From assembly GCA_030265395.1 (NCBI GenBank), contig JARFYF010000007.1:82836874-82900873 (forward strand): 64,000 nt of DNA, given 5' to 3'. Positions 24,996 through 39,200 of this stretch are shown here, in pieces. The position numbers and the translations under genes are program-made. Position 1 is the stretch's first letter. Each line of letters starts with the position of its first letter. This stretch comes from Rhina ancylostomus (Eukaryota). A model generated the notes under the pieces. It made no database searches. It had not been told where the DNA came from and saw only the letters and a program-made list of their open reading frames with translations.

Positions 24996-27900
24996 GCGCA
25001 CTTCCCCTCTCCCGAGCCAAGAACAATGAGGCCAGCGGTAATCTGATCCTCTCTCCCACTTGCTACATCTGACGTTGGAATTTGGATTGTACCTGGTCCA
25101 AGTGGGCTCCGTGCCACCTTGCACAGCTCATTCAGCTGAAGAACCTTTGCTTCTCTCTGCTCACCCTTCAGTCCGTTACATCTTCACATACACGTCTCGG
25201 TTTTGGTTTTGCTCAACATGCCGCACCTGCCTGAATTGCCCCACCAATCCTCCATCCTTCAGGCTGTGGGTCTTTTGTTGGGTAGAGCTTGCAGGAGCTA
25301 ATCATGTATATAAGACCATAACATATAAGGGCAGAATTAGGCCACTCGGTCCATCGAGTCTGCTCTGACATTCAATTGTGGCTGATTTTATTTTCTCAGC
25401 CCCATTCTCCCACCTTGTCCCCTAAACCCTTAACCCCCATCACAGTCGCTGTGTCTCATAGCCCTCGCCTGTCTGCCTCCAGATGTAGACACCCTTTAAG
25501 TGAATGCTTGAGAATAAGATTTTCAAAGGCCCTCACCCTAACATCCCCAACCCTCCCCACGTACCCCACCCCCACACACCCACAGACACGCACCTCTCCA
25601 TGCAAGGTGGAGGAATTGTACCGTTCCAAACAGCAACTTCTACTGAGAGCAAATGGATTCATCCATCTCTGGGACCTTTCTGGGCCCGTGCAGCTCATCG
25701 ACCGACGGTAAACGTAATAAATCTCAGAGAATCTATGGCTGATTTAACTTTCTCTCTGGGTGAAACGTTAGCCCAACTCGCTGGGCGCAACAGAGATCTT
25801 GCTTCCCTTAGGTGTTACTTTTCATTGACTTCGATAAAATCAAGTGAGCTGTGGGTCCAAACCCCTGGGTTTCAAAGCGGGTGGGAAGGTTAAAATTGCC
25901 CCTGTTTTGCGCTTCTTATCTTGCACTGCTTCATATCTTTCCCATCTCACCTGGACAACCGGCCTCCTGCGCCTCGCCATCCACCCCTTCCTCTAGTCTG
26001 ATCTTTGTACACATCCTTTCTAACAGTCACTCTCTTACCTTTGCACAACCTCGCTTCCCCCTCCTGCCTCTGTCACTCCCACCCATCTAGACGGGGACAC
26101 GCGCTCCCTTTCCCTTTGAGCGCACTCCCCGTGCTGAACCTATAACTCAGGACACCGCGTTGCCACAAAGAACCTCTAAATGAAGACAAATATTGTCACA
26201 CTCAATTGTTTGTTTTCTCCTGACTCGGTGCTAGATTAAGATGTGAGATTACACTTATTGTTTCGCTCGAATAATGCCGCGAGTGACTAGAAAACAAAAT
26301 TCCTCGCCGGACACACTACATCCCGCTGGGCAGTCTTTCGAGGTCTGTTGCAAAAAAACAAGCTCTTGAGTGCTAATTACAAATAAATTATGATGTGCCC
26401 ACTAAGTAATTGATTTAATGAAGTTCCTATGAAACTATTAAAAACGGGTAGAGGTCAAGAAAGAGGCGCCCCGGAGCGCACATTGTCGGATGTTTAACTC
26501 TCCTCGAAAAGACATTGGGGCTAATAGGTGAAGTCACAGTTGCCGGAATCTGACTTCTGGGAAGAAAAATGAATCGCCCCTAAAACTTACCGCAGTTCAA
26601 CCGGGTCCTAATTCAAAAGGACACCGGTACTCTTTTCGCTTGTCATTAAAACTTTTCTAAGAAAGGCACATAAAGCAGTCGACACTTCACTTTCAACAAC
26701 TCCGCCATCTGTGACAAAGCCCTTGCCTGATTTGGCTCTGAGTATATTAGCAGGCTCTGAATATGCTCACACACAAAAAAAACCTGGAGGTATGCGTACT
26801 TACAGATTCCTATAACTGTGCAACTTCTGAGGGAGAATTCTTGTCCATTTAATTTGCTTTTGGGTCCTAAGAAGGACTTAACTGTTCCCCAGAACATCAC
26901 GCTGTCTGGTTTACTTTCTGTAACCCTCCCTCCACCTATTCAAGAAATTTAAGCAGTGCACCAGGTAGGGTGCTTGGAGGGTTTTGGCACGCAGCCTAGA
27001 CTATGAATGTGTGTCCATTAGCAAGAAGTGTTTCTCGATGAAAAGCTCTGCACTTGAAGCAGCAAGAAGAATAGAGTCCAAGAATACAGCATCATCGACG
27101 ACAGGAATCCCCTAGATCCCACTGTAAAACAAACGCTGGGGTTTAGACTAATCCCAAACTAGATTGAAAGTTCAGCAAATGTTTCCTTAGTTAGTGATAA
27201 TTAATGTACACGGTTTTATTGAAGCGAGAAAAAAAGGCGACTAAGTATAATCTTGCTTTCTCGAAAGGAGTTTTAGAGAAGAATTGTGAAACCAAAAATC
27301 TAATCAGAGTGGTAAAGAGTTGCAAACAGGAAACCGAGTTTCTCGAACTGTCGAGTTTCCCGACAGTAGCAGCCAGTGTTGGAGGAATCCCATGTGTCTC
27401 TCTCTTCCTCTGAGTTATTTTTACAACCTTCTCATTCCCAGGTTTCATCCACGGGGGATAGACTGAATGTGCAGCTCGGGCGTGTGCATCCTTCATACTG
27501 ACTCTGGACCAACCTCCCCTCTCTTCTGCAGCCTCGTTTACACAATCTCATAAAGATTGTCAGGACACCTGAAGTGAATTCTGTGCAAACTGCCTGCATG
27601 TTTAGACAGAGGTGAGGGAACCATTCCGCAAGCTAACAGTTTAGTCCGCCATCTTTCTAAGGTATTGCGTAATTATTCCGTCTCCACCACCTTTAAACGC
27701 AAGAGGAGAGACTGTTCACCGCTGGTGCCTTGTGTTAGTTGGGGAGAAATGCAAAATGATTTAACATCCTTAATAAACCCAGCCCAGTTCGAGCACCACG
27801 TGGATCCTCCGTCTTTAATAAGCAGTCCTTATACTCCAGGACAGAACAGTGCCCATTTTCCAGCTTGCCTTCCCTTCCCTGGGCTCACAGGTGACATATT

Positions 27901-28694
27901 AAAAGACGTGCTAAAAGATTATTGAATTTTTCCCAAAAAATGTCTCTTTTTACTAACCCGTTCTAGCAAAATATTGATTTTAATCAGATCCCCATCCTTT
28001 CAACGGCGAGTGGGAAATATTTACAAATTGTGTGTGAACTACCCAAATGGTGCAGTCTGCAAACTCCAATATAAAGTGAAATATTTGAGTTAATTTCCTG
28101 ACTTGGGACTGCGTTTCACTTTCCATCACGCAGGCCTGCGAAAGACGACCTCATTCTCTGACAAGGAATTATTTCCTTTACAATACTTTTAAAGAGAGGG
28201 TCAACTTTTATTTACAAATCATCCAAATTAGCTTCAGTTGCTGAAGCAATCTTCCCTCTTAACATAAAGACGAATAAGAAGATATCTTGTCAGCGGTTTT
28301 ATGCCTGGTGTCTGTCCAGTGGCCTATTTATTTTCCTTTAGTCATTGGAATTGGAGTGTAAGCCAATCAGCAGGGCGTTTCTATTTATTAACAAACTACA
28401 GATCTCCCCGACAAAATTAGGATTTTTTGCACAGCTTTCCTTCTATGTAACTTCTAGACTTAGCCTGTCGTTTACAGTGACCTTAAATATACAATCTGCT
28501 TCAATACAATAATATGGTGAAACAATTATTTGGGCTGATTCCTCGGGCATTCTCCAACCGCACTGATTTGTGAGAACTTGAAGAGAATTACATTTGGAGT
28601 TAAATCTTTCGAAAGCAGTTTGCACTGTGTCTTGCTACAGATTGTGAGAATAAACTTGAAGTTATTCTTATGTCTTAGTTGAGGTGAGGGGAAT

Positions 28695-28910
28695 TTGTGT
28701 GTTTGTGTGGGTATTGGCGGTATGTGTGTTTATAAGTGGGTGTTGGAGGGTATGTGTGTGTTTGTGTGTGGGTGTATGTTGTGTGTCTGTTGGCTGTGTT
28801 TGTGTGGGTGTTGGGGTACGTGTATGTTTGTGTGTGGGTGTTGGGGTTATGTGTGTGTTGGAACTATGTGTGTGTTGTGTATGAATGTGTTTGTGTGGGG
28901 TGTGTTGGGG

Positions 28911-28961
<51 letters not shown>

Positions 28962-28972
28962 TATTTGTGTGA
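28695..28972 (+). repeat. Degenerate GT-rich tract ending in a pure (GT)n microsatellite
   Basis: Visible directly; pure run at about 28912-28958. Confidence 0.95.
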
Positions 28973-30140
28973 GTAAGGATCACACTACGTTATCCGTCCA
29001 ATAAACGAAGACTGGTCAGTTCCACTTAGTTGCACCGATGACACATTTGTTTCAAAGCAGCTATATCGATCTTCCAACGTTAAATCAATATTTTAGAGGA
29101 GATTCCGGGGTTTGCAGAATCACCTGCAGGGCCAGCCTGGTTGCTTTTCTATCTGCAGTACTGAAGGAAGTGCACTTTTACTAAACTAAATGTGTGTGCA
29201 AAAAGCTGGTTAGACTAACGATGTCGTTTGACAAGGGTGGTGAGTAAATAGACAAAGCTGGAATCGAGCTGAATCGTAAGCAGCCTTAATTAACACCAGC
29301 TTAAATAGTCGGACAGGGCAGCGCAGAAAAAAGTCAAAGAAAGACTTTCAGGCTGAGTGCCCCTTGACAAGCTCTTTTTTTTCCCAATGTCATTCAATAT
29401 TTAATGCACTCTGCTTGTAACGCTACCACTGGTGCGCCGTTCTCAGAGAGCACATTATTTTTCAGGATGTTCAGATTAAAAGGCAGGGCTTTTTAGGAGA
29501 GTGTTTAAGAAGTGCTAAATATTATAATATAGTTGGAGACAAACTCTGTTCGGAAGCCATTAAACGTAATCTCTCAGAAGATGACCGAGACCAAAAGAAA
29601 TTCTGTGTTAAATGGGTCAATTTACTGTTTTTCTTAAACTAACTTTCAGTTATGGGTTTGAATGGAATAGATAAGGTGACATTGATGAGAAATTTGGGAA
29701 AGTTTTAGCAATACATTGTGGTGAAATTTCGGCTGATCTTGATATGTTGGTAAAATTTGTCGCATTTAATCATTTTCAAGCAAACGAAATCTGAGACGAA
29801 TTGCAAGCGGTTCAGAATAAATAATTACTTTCACGAGAGAAGAGACAGATTTTACAACTTTGCAAGCATAAGATCTGCGTTTGGTTTTGCTGCACAATTC
29901 TGAAACCGGTGGTGTGTTTTATGCATCTGTTATGAATAAATTTGTATAAAACAGGATGTGGTTTGTACAAAGAGAGGCCAAGCAGCTATAGTGCTCTTGT
30001 TTTTTAGATCTTATGGCGAGGCGGAGTGTGAGTGGGGGAACATTGTGGTCTGTGTATCTGGCATAATGGTGTACGAAAGTGGCGGTTTAAGAACATGCAT
30101 AAAGTGCATCAGAAAACGAAATTGCAACTCACCCTCTGCA

Positions 30141-30169
<29 letters not shown>
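30141..30169 (+). repeat. (AC)n microsatellite
   Basis: Visible directly. Confidence 0.95.
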
Positions 30170-30171
<2 letters not shown>

Positions 30172-30899
30172 CCTTGCGATCTGTTCAAAATCCACCCCCT
30201 CCCTCTCCACCCTCTTCCCCTCCACACCTCCCCTCAAATTCAGCACAGTGGCGTCAGAAAGTCTGAGTTGCAAAGTTCCTGATTTCCACAGTCGGTATGT
30301 TAAGGCAGTTCATGTAAGTAATTTCAGTGGGCTTTCTAGTAAAGGAGAACAAATCGTTGACAAAAGGGAGCGCTTTTCAATTCAGCTGTGTCGTTAGGAC
30401 GACGGCAAAGTATTCCTCAGATAATAAGTTCCACTTCAAAGGGTTTCTCATTCAACGGTGACTGCTTCGCTCTTTTATTAAGTCCCCGGGTTTTTCACTC
30501 GGAGGAATCATCTGTTTGGTTATTTTCCAGCGTGTTTATTTTTCACCATTCACTGAGTACTTGTATTAGATAAACAAAGGACGATAGCATATTGCACACA
30601 ATAGTTGGTGAGTGCAAAAAAAGGGACAGAAAAAAACGAGTAAACACTTCAAGACCCATCCCCAAGAAAAAATAAAGTCACTGATATTTGTGAAGGGGGG
30701 GGGGCGGAGGGAAGGGAGGGAGAATAGAGTCAGGGTTACCGGTAGTTAGTGAAATCAATGTTGAGGCTGTCAGGCTGGAGACTCCCAAGGCGAAATACAA
30801 AATAAAAGGAACTACAAAATAGTATATCTATACTCACAATATAGATCTTCCTTTGTCTTTAATCTATATTTCATTGAAATCAGTAAAATATTATATACA

Positions 30900-31270
30900 T
30901 GGGTGACACAGTGATCCAGTTAATAGAGTTGCTGTCTCACAGCTCCACCTGCCCTGATTAAATCCTAACCTCAGGCACTGTCTGTGTGGAGTTTGCATGT
31001 TGTTCCTGTGACCAGGTGGGTTTCCCCTGGGTGCTCTGGTTTCCTCCCACATCCCAAAGATATGCAGATCGCTCCGTTAGTTTTCCACTGTAAATTGCTC
31101 TAAGTGTTTAGGTGAGTGGTAGAATCTGTGGGGAGCTGATGGGAATGCGGAGAGAATAAAATGGGATTAGTGTGGGATTAGTGTAGATGGGTGCTTGACG
31201 GTCAGCACAGATTCAGTGGGCCAAGGCCTGTTTCTGTGCTTTGTGACTCTACAACTCCATTATGACTCTC
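30900..31270 (+). mobile_element. Near full-length V-SINE (HE1-like) with CR1-derived tail
   Basis: tRNA-like head, V-domain ctgtctgtgtggagtttgcatgt..ggtttcc..gggtgctctggtttcctcccacatcccaaaga, tail gggccaaggcctgtttctgtgct..gactctac. Confidence 0.85.
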
Positions 31271-31339
31271 TCTGGTGTACCGTTGGACGATGTTATTCCA
31301 GCTGTTGTAGAAGTCACATTCACTTCAGTAAACCAAAAA

Positions 31340-31515
31340 GAAACCTGCAGATGCTAGCAATCAGAAATAAAAGCAGAAAATTCAGGAAGCATTCAGCAGG
31401 TCAAGTTGCTTCACCCATTGATGAAAGCTCTTGGACCTGACATGTTAACTCTGTCTCTCTTTCCACAGATGCTGCTTGACCTGCTAGGTGTTTTCTGCAT
31501 TTTCTGGTTTTACTT
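31340..31515. repeat. Short fold-back dispersed repeat (acagatgctgc.tgacctgctg family)
   Basis: Left arm aaataaaagcagaaaa.tc.ggaagcattcagcaggtcaag is the reverse complement of right arm cttgacctgct..gtgtttt.tgcattttctggttttact. Related copies at ~570-670, 2805-2900, 4745-4945, 12045-12105 and 31750-31810. Confidence 0.65.
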
Positions 31516-34443
31516 CACATTCTCTTCTGCTGGTTGTCTTTGGTGCTTCTAATGTTGTTGTTCACATTTGCTGTTCCGTCAGTTCCAGTGTGAGTCAGAC
31601 ATGGATTTAATTCCTTCTCATAACCTTAGTTATAGACAACCTTTGGTCTTGGCTTTTTTGATAACCTTATCTTGATTCCATGTTTTCATAACTGGACCTT
31701 GTAAATGTATTTCATATTCTTTCACCTGGTGGAGCATTGACTTTATTTCTCTGTCCCTAGACGCTGCTTGGCCTTCTGAGTGTTTCCAGCAGCTGCGAAT
31801 TTTTGCTTTCCAACTAATGTTGTTGTTGCAGTATTGGTTTCCCTTTCCTTTAACATCAGTTTTTTGTCCAGTATTTTGCTTGCTAAAATGGTCTTGTGTT
31901 CATTGCTGTTCAGCAGCCTAGCTGGCAATTTCATCTCAGTCTTGAGAAGTGTAGTTCATGGTGACAATAAGACAAGATTTGGTCCGTCCTTTCTCCCTGT
32001 GCATNNNNNNNNNNNNNNNNNNNNNNNNNNNNNNNNNNNNNNNNNNNNNNNNNNNNNNNNNNNNNNNNNNNNNNNNNNNNNNNNNNNNNNNNNNNNNNNN
32101 NNNNCCATGTTGATGTACCGTAAAAGCAGTAGTTTGAATTTCAAAGCCTCTGCCTTTGAACTTCTCCCTGCCTGATTAGACACTTGCACTTTTTCCTTTT
32201 TTCCTCCTCTTTTTGTTATTGCTGTTGACTTGAGTTGCGCGTCCTCCACCTTATATATGTTTGCCTTCTCTAAACTGGTCAGCGACGGGCGAAAGGGAAG
32301 GGCTATTCCTTATAGGGAAAGCAAGCCGTGTCTTAAATGTGAGTCCTATTTTTTAACTGCTTCAGGTACTCTCCATCTGATTCTTTCCACGTGCAAACTG
32401 CAAAGGGACAACATGACCCCCACCAAACCAAGCGCACTTTACAAACTGAAAAGACAGTAATCCTATTGTTTACACTACATATGCGCCGATTTCAACACTG
32501 TTTCCAAATCAATCTACCAGCACCCTGTAACAACATCTTGTCCGGTTACAGTTCCCCACAAGTCTGGAGAAAGGTTGAGCCGAGCCATTTGCTGCGTTAT
32601 CTGGTGATATTTTATTAGAAAACCTTGTAATGTTGACAGAATACCATTCTTGGTTCAATCTACTTACTTGCTAGTTAATGATATCTGTGTGGAAAGGACT
32701 TTTGACTCGTGTTTCTGCTTGTCTGGACATGTGGGTGAGAGCTGGAACGCGTTTCTTGCACTCTGTTGGATCTTATACAAATGAGAAGTCCCATTGATGA
32801 GATATTCCTATCAAAGGGTATTTTTTTTCTCTCAAGGTGCTCACTGTTATTCGAGGAGTTGGTGAGGAAGGGTGGCTACCAGAAAGGTTCAAATCATGTG
32901 CCGCTTAGACCCTAATAAGTGGCTTTATTGAAAATATATTCAAATGTGAAACTGGGCTCTGCCAATTGCCATAGAAATTGTAACACACCATGAAGAGTGT
33001 CCAAGCGCCAAGTCTTCCGCTCCGGAGTAAATTGCTTTGAAGTGGCGCAGGACAGACCCCGTCACTTTTTGCCCGCATAGGAAAGATAGTGAACACTAGG
33101 AGAACGAGATTGTGCCTTTAAGTGCGGAGAGTATGCAGGGGAAGTGTGTTTTTTTTTATATTCTTTACAACGATCTGCTTATTGTTAGATATCTTTTATC
33201 TTTTATATTTCCCATGAATCATTCATGTGTCGATGCCTTTGTACAACCCTTCTTTTCACAAGAAACTTCATTAGAGTCCTATAAGTTTTCCCATTGATTG
33301 GCGCCTTCATTTACATGAGTCTTCTTCTGCTCCATGTGCATTTAATTGTGAATCTCACAGAAACAACCAATTTCATTTAGGAGACATATCACTCATTCCC
33401 CGAATTGCTTTCTTGTTTACCGGTTCTGTTCTTTCACCCACATTTCCATCTGCTCTTTGACACTTTGACCACAAGGAATCTGGTTCCTGTTCATTATGTC
33501 ACCGTAATGTACATTAAACGGGGTCACGCTCACTCTGGGCTGCGGCCTGCATCTCCTGACATCCCAGAGCCTTTTAGAATTCGCTTTTAGGTGGTAGGAT
33601 ATCTACCTGGACAAGGTGACCCTGACGCAGAAGACATACCATCCATAACATACGGAAAGTCAACGAAAAATAGTTCAAATATCCGTGATGATTCCAGAGA
33701 CAACTGTGATCGCTCTGAGAGAGATAAAGAATTTTGAAAAGGTTGATCATATCTGGAATTTCGGGGAGCACGCAATCAGAAACTGGTTTTCGGGAAATTT
33801 ATTTTGTTTTCATGCTGGAGTTCAGTTTGGTGTAGTGTGGCAGTGCGATGAAATGTAAACCATCATGTAGAATACTTGGGTGATGGGGTTACAAAATAAT
33901 TGCCAAGGTATTAAAACAGTTAAGCATATTCGTGGATTGCATCTAGATTTTTTTTTAAACAGGCATCGTCGTTGAATCTTGTTTTTGACCCAGTCAATAT
34001 GTCTCCCAGCTTGTCGCTTACCTGCAGTTCTGGTGTTGGGAACATTTTGATTTCAGAGGGCAAACCTGACTTCTTTTCTTGCCTTTCTGACGTCATTTTC
34101 AAATGTCAGTTCCAGACGATATTGGGAACTGTTTCACATCCGTCTGCCAATTGTATCCAGGTGGCATCTTCAACGTGCCGTTCTGCGATTGAACAGGTAA
34201 ATGTTTTCACGGAGCCAAAGGTCCTTGTGCAGCAATAAACAGATGATCATAAAAGTCACTACCCGTGGCCTTAAATCATTTAGCCGTACATCATTGTCTG
34301 AGATCACTTGATTCTTCACTATTGAAATTCGAGTTAAGGAGCGCTATATCGCAACGCCCAAAAAATCACGTTTTGACATTTTGTTAGAATTTACACATTT
34401 AATGCAGAATGCGATTATTAAAACAGAGGAAAAACAATATCTC

Positions 34444-34449
34444 TTTATT
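34444..34449 (-). promoter_or_regulatory. Probable Zic5 polyadenylation signal (AATAAA), implying a ~1.4 kb 3' UTR
   Basis: TTTATT on + at 34444-34449, followed on the minus strand by a U/GU-rich tract (TTGTTTTTCCTCTGTTTT) and preceded by AU-rich UTR-like sequence. Confidence 0.55.
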
Positions 34450-35818
34450 CACAATTGTAAAATACACTGTCACACGGTTTAACCCCTTTCACTGAAACAC
34501 AAATTACACATGGACCATTCATTGTGATAAAGGAACTGATATGTCTTCGTTGCATTTTTTTCCAATCAGGAGTTCTGGGTAGTGTTTGTCAATGCAAGGC
34601 AAATATAAAATGACTGCAACATGCATCATAATTATAACATGGACAAATACTGTAGGTACAACGATAAACCACCACGGAGGAGAAATAAACCATCACATAT
34701 TTTACTTTTCACATTTTACATTTCATTCAAGTAAGCAGAAATTAAATGTTTTGACGAAACCACAGATTCATAAACACCACAATACCGCACCAAACGTAAT
34801 AATATAATTCTTTGGTGTGTCTGTACTATCGCAGAAAGATATTACACATCAGCAAATAAATTATAGTTTACAAATAAAAGAGCATTTATGGACAAAATCT
34901 TATGATAGCTAACGATTACATCAACGACTTGCAGCCCACAACAATTATGTACAAATCCTACAGGGACAGGCCTGTCATTTTTGCATCTTCTGGCCTCTGA
35001 GGACATATTAGTGCTCTTTAGTTTGTTTGTCTGAAGGCCTGAATAATTATGAGTAAAATATGAAGATTTTTGACTCTACCATGATGGATAGAAGATCACA
35101 CAAAAGAATCCCAGGGCTCTTGGTTTTAAGGAATGATATATTGTCGATCCTGATTTCACAGGGTCAAGCAGAGTCCTTATGAGTTTCACTGTTACTGATC
35201 GAAGACTCTTTTCACATATAGCAGGAAAGTCCCAATTCGGCTGTTATGTTAGGGATATGTAAATAGAATACTGCTGAAACTTCGTCATCGAACCCGGTGG
35301 CACCGGGTGATTTCACCGAACACAAGGCTATAGCCGTTTCGTTTTCCTCCAGGGACTGTAGTGCATGATGGTTTCACAGAATTGTAGGATTTCCCTTCTT
35401 TCGGTCAATCGACTTTGAGTTGGGCGTTAAGCAATGAACGGCTATGTACCGGTTCCAAGAAGCGAGATGTTTTCCGGTGGGTCGAAGATACTATTGTTAG
35501 TCCGAAATGGGTCTGATGATGTGTTTTATCTGTTTAAGTCACGTCTGATTTCATAAAATCAATATCTATAGTCTGACAGTAAATGAGATTGTGATTCTCT
35601 TTCACCTCGAAGTACATACAATAATTCTGACTGATACGGAGGCCAGAAAGTTGCCTCGGATCGGATCCTTAGCCCTTAAGTTCCTTTCCTACGAGGTTTG
35701 AATCTAGCTGGTTTAAGATGACCCTTGGACATCCTAGCTGCCTTTAGCTGATGGGCTCCATTGCCACTAACCCTGTCTTGACTCTTGCCCACTTGCACGC
35801 TTTTCCAGTGCTCCTGTG

Positions 35819-36252
35819 TCAGAGCATAGTCCTGGGATCAGAGTTCGTGTAAGCTTCCTCGTCCTCGGTGTCGGACGAGGTGCCATTGTTGGAAGGTGTG
35901 TGCAAGTTGTTGGCAGCCCCGCTCCCTTGGCAAACGTACCATTCGTTGAGGTTGGTCACTTGCGAGGACACGCTGGCAGTGCGGCCCCTGACTGTCTCTG
36001 AAGCTGGGGACACCATCCCCAGGGACGTGTTTGAAAGCTCGTAGCCAGAGCCAGGAGGAGGGGGAGGAGATTTGCAGTGGACTTTCATGTGTTTGCGAAG
36101 AGAACTAGGGTGAGTGTATGACTTGTCACAGCCTCTTACTTTACAGTTGTATGGCTTATCACTGGTGTGGACATGAGAATGCTTCTTCCTGTCACTGCTG
36201 TTGGCAAATTTCCGGTCACAACCATCAAACTCGCATTTAAAAGGCTTCTCTC
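35819..36252 (-). CDS. ZIC5: Zic5 coding exon 2 (zinc fingers 4-5 and C-terminus); spliced CDS about 473 aa if the gap length is right
   Basis: Acceptor TTTTCAG|GA at 36253/36252 restores [46 protein letters not shown]. The C-terminus [39 protein letters not shown] is Zic5-diagnostic (extends past EWYV). Stop TGA at 35821-35819. Confidence 0.96.
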
Positions 36253-39200
36253 CTGAAAATAACAAGGAGGAAAAGAAACACACAATGAGAGGACCGAATG
36301 AAGCGGTTTTGCACAGAAGAAAAACAAAAGTTTTTCAAACACGTTTCTATTGTTTTGGGCAAATTGTTAAAAATGCAAACGCTTATTGTCGCCGTTTTTG
36401 CTTCGGTTACAGGGGAAAATTCCTGCATTTCAAAAAAGCACTTCACTGTCTGTTGAGCTTTCGGACTTGCCGAAAGGCGCTATGGAAATGTAAGGCTTTT
36501 TCTTTACCTAAGATTCCCTTCCATTCTCCGACCTTGCTAAACCCCTCCAGGAGCCATTGTTCCTTCTCATTTACATTTACATCCTTATATACACATAAAA
36601 CATTAAAGTTTTACAACAGTAAACAGCTGGTGATGTTTAAGGCTCTCTCTCACACCACAGCTTATCCTTCCACCCAGCAGTCACACGGAAAACTCGATCT
36701 ATTTTGCTTTGAAAGAAACGGATTTAGTTTACTCTCCAATTTGTGGTGTTCTTGTACAGAGCGAGAAATGTTTCATTTCCAAAAAAAAACCGTCTTAATT
36801 GTGATTGCGAATTACAGCTTTACACCAACGCAATTTTCTCCGGGTTCTGCGTGTTTACGGTGGAGATGTGGAGGGAAGTTTTGGCTCTTTACTCCACCGG
36901 TCGCTGATGAGATGGTCAAATACGGTTTGCGAGAAGTTTTAAGCCAAGTATTTTCAACTTCTGACCTTTTGAAACATTTTTCCGCACAGCCTATATCAAT
37001 TTTTTTAGGCTACGTCCGAAGAAGTGATTGTAAAGACAATATTAGTGCGTGTGTTTACATCTTCAGAAGTTGACAATTTACAACAATTTGAACCAGATAG
37101 GCGCCGTGAGCACCAACCCCGGGCCTCGGCCGCACACCCTTTCTGTAACTGGGTATCCGGGACTCTGGTAACTTGGCAAACTTAATCAGATCTACAATAT
37201 TTGAGGGTGAGGTGTGTTGCGTTGGCATTTCCCAACCACCGCAACAGAAACAAATCATAGAACGACTTCCCCAACCCATCCAGCCATCAGTTTCCTTTCC
37301 GCCTTTATCCCAGTGTTGGGCTTTAAATAGGAATCGAACTCGCCTCCCATGCTTCGTTATTTCAGGGTTCATTGTTAGTAAGGATTTGTTATGAAGTCTC
37401 TACTGAAGTGATAAGAATAATGATACAGACCGGTGACCATCTTCCGAGACGACACATTTTGCATCATTAAAAATATCTTCCTGATCTTCATAATGTGATT
37501 GAATCTGACCTGAGCTTATCTTACAACCTGCTTTAAAAATGTCTGATTCAGCTTAAATTCAGCTTAAAAAATGTCTCTGATCTCGGTGCATCTGATGGTT
37601 TTAAGCAGGGTATGAAGTAGGGTCGAAGCAACGTAAAGACCAAAGGCGTCCTTCAGTTCTTTGACAGGTTGGTTCTATTTGTACACATAAATATTTATAT
37701 TTAGCTTTGTGAACTACTGCAGCTAGAGGTAGTACCCGAATCCCACAGGCTGGTCATAACCTGGCTCTTGGATTGGCCCGTCGCTTCGTCTGGTGTTTCT
37801 GGCCGTAAGCAGCATATTAGGCGAGAGATATTGACGTTCTCTGAGTGCCATGTGTGTGCCTGCATCCAGATAGCACTTGACTGGTAAAAGCGACTTCGCC
37901 CTCAAACGTAACCTCATTCGTGTCTTGGCGAGGAAACAACACCCATTTAACCTGACAGCACACCCCTGACAATGTGAACCTGCCCAGTCTGCCGCTCACG
38001 TTTTCCTCCTGATACAACAGCCCAAGTTAGATTAACTAGATCACCTCTTTTATATAAATATGAATCAATGTAAGGTGGGGGCAACGCAGCCATTTCTCCT
38101 AGAAGGATTTAGATGTTATAACCTTTGGACAACACACACACACACACACACCAGCCTGGAGTTGTCGATCTCGACAGAAACTTCCAACAATACCCAGGAT
38201 AGCACAACTTCTGATCCCGAATCGAGAAGGTTTCCAGTCTTCCCAGCTTTTGCAACAACAGTAGGACACAACAGATTCATTCGGACAGGCAGAAGCGTTT
38301 TAGAAAATCGCAGTATCATGGCAATTAACTTTTCAAATGTGTATCACCATCATTGTCTGGGGTTACACAGGCGTGCATCTTTATTGCTTTTTTTGTTTTC
38401 CAGAAGCGGTTTCTAAAATGCTCTGGCGAAATCAGTTTCAGCAACGCGGTCGTTGTGAACTTGGTAGCGTGACTGCTCGTGAACAGAATCCTGGCTGCGC
38501 TGGCTCCATTCCCAGCTGTCGCCAGCCAGTTGAGCCGCTCCATCTTCCAGCATCACCAAAGCGAAGAAAGTTGTGCAGATACCCTGTGTGATGTGAATTT
38601 CCATTTGTTTGTCTTTTTTTTTGCGGTAGTAACCATTGTGGAAGAAGTTAACATCCCCGCCCCGAATTCCTGCTTTTTTTTTAAAGGTCCAGTCGGACCT
38701 TGTTCAAAACACAAATAAATGGCCGTTTTAAAGTTTCCTGCAGTCAACAACCCGAACACGGCCTTCAGAGGGCTTCACCGCTTTCTTGCACGGCCCTCGT
38801 TTGCGAACGCTGCTTTTTGGGGGGAAATGCGTTGGGACAATATAAGACATCAATTTGACTGAACCTGACGCCTTGAAAAGATTGTTTGTTTCCTGAGCAG
38901 AGATGGATGATTCGGGCAACTAAATCTATTCCTCCACTTGTCTCCTGACCAACATGGCTGGGATGGAAGTCCCGAGTGCTCCACACGCCCCCGCCGCCCC
39001 CACCCCCAAACCGCACCATGTTTTACTTTAAACTTGTGCAACATATCCTTTAGATAAAATCTGTAATCAAAGCAGTCATGGACCATTTGCTTTAACATTT
39101 AAACAAAACATTAAGAAAGCATTAAACGGATAGGTGTAACACTATCTGTTTATGCCCTCCGACAGCACACTATAAATCAATGGAAATAATTAAGTAAAGC

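Noticed and set aside
28684-28976. Cys/Val-rich ORFs
   Set aside because: Translation of the GT microsatellite tract.
1-34000. Expected neighbour CLYBL exons (and PCCA at the right end)
   Set aside because: No recognisable CLYBL or PCCA peptide in any frame I could read; probably outside the window, though tiny exons could be missed.
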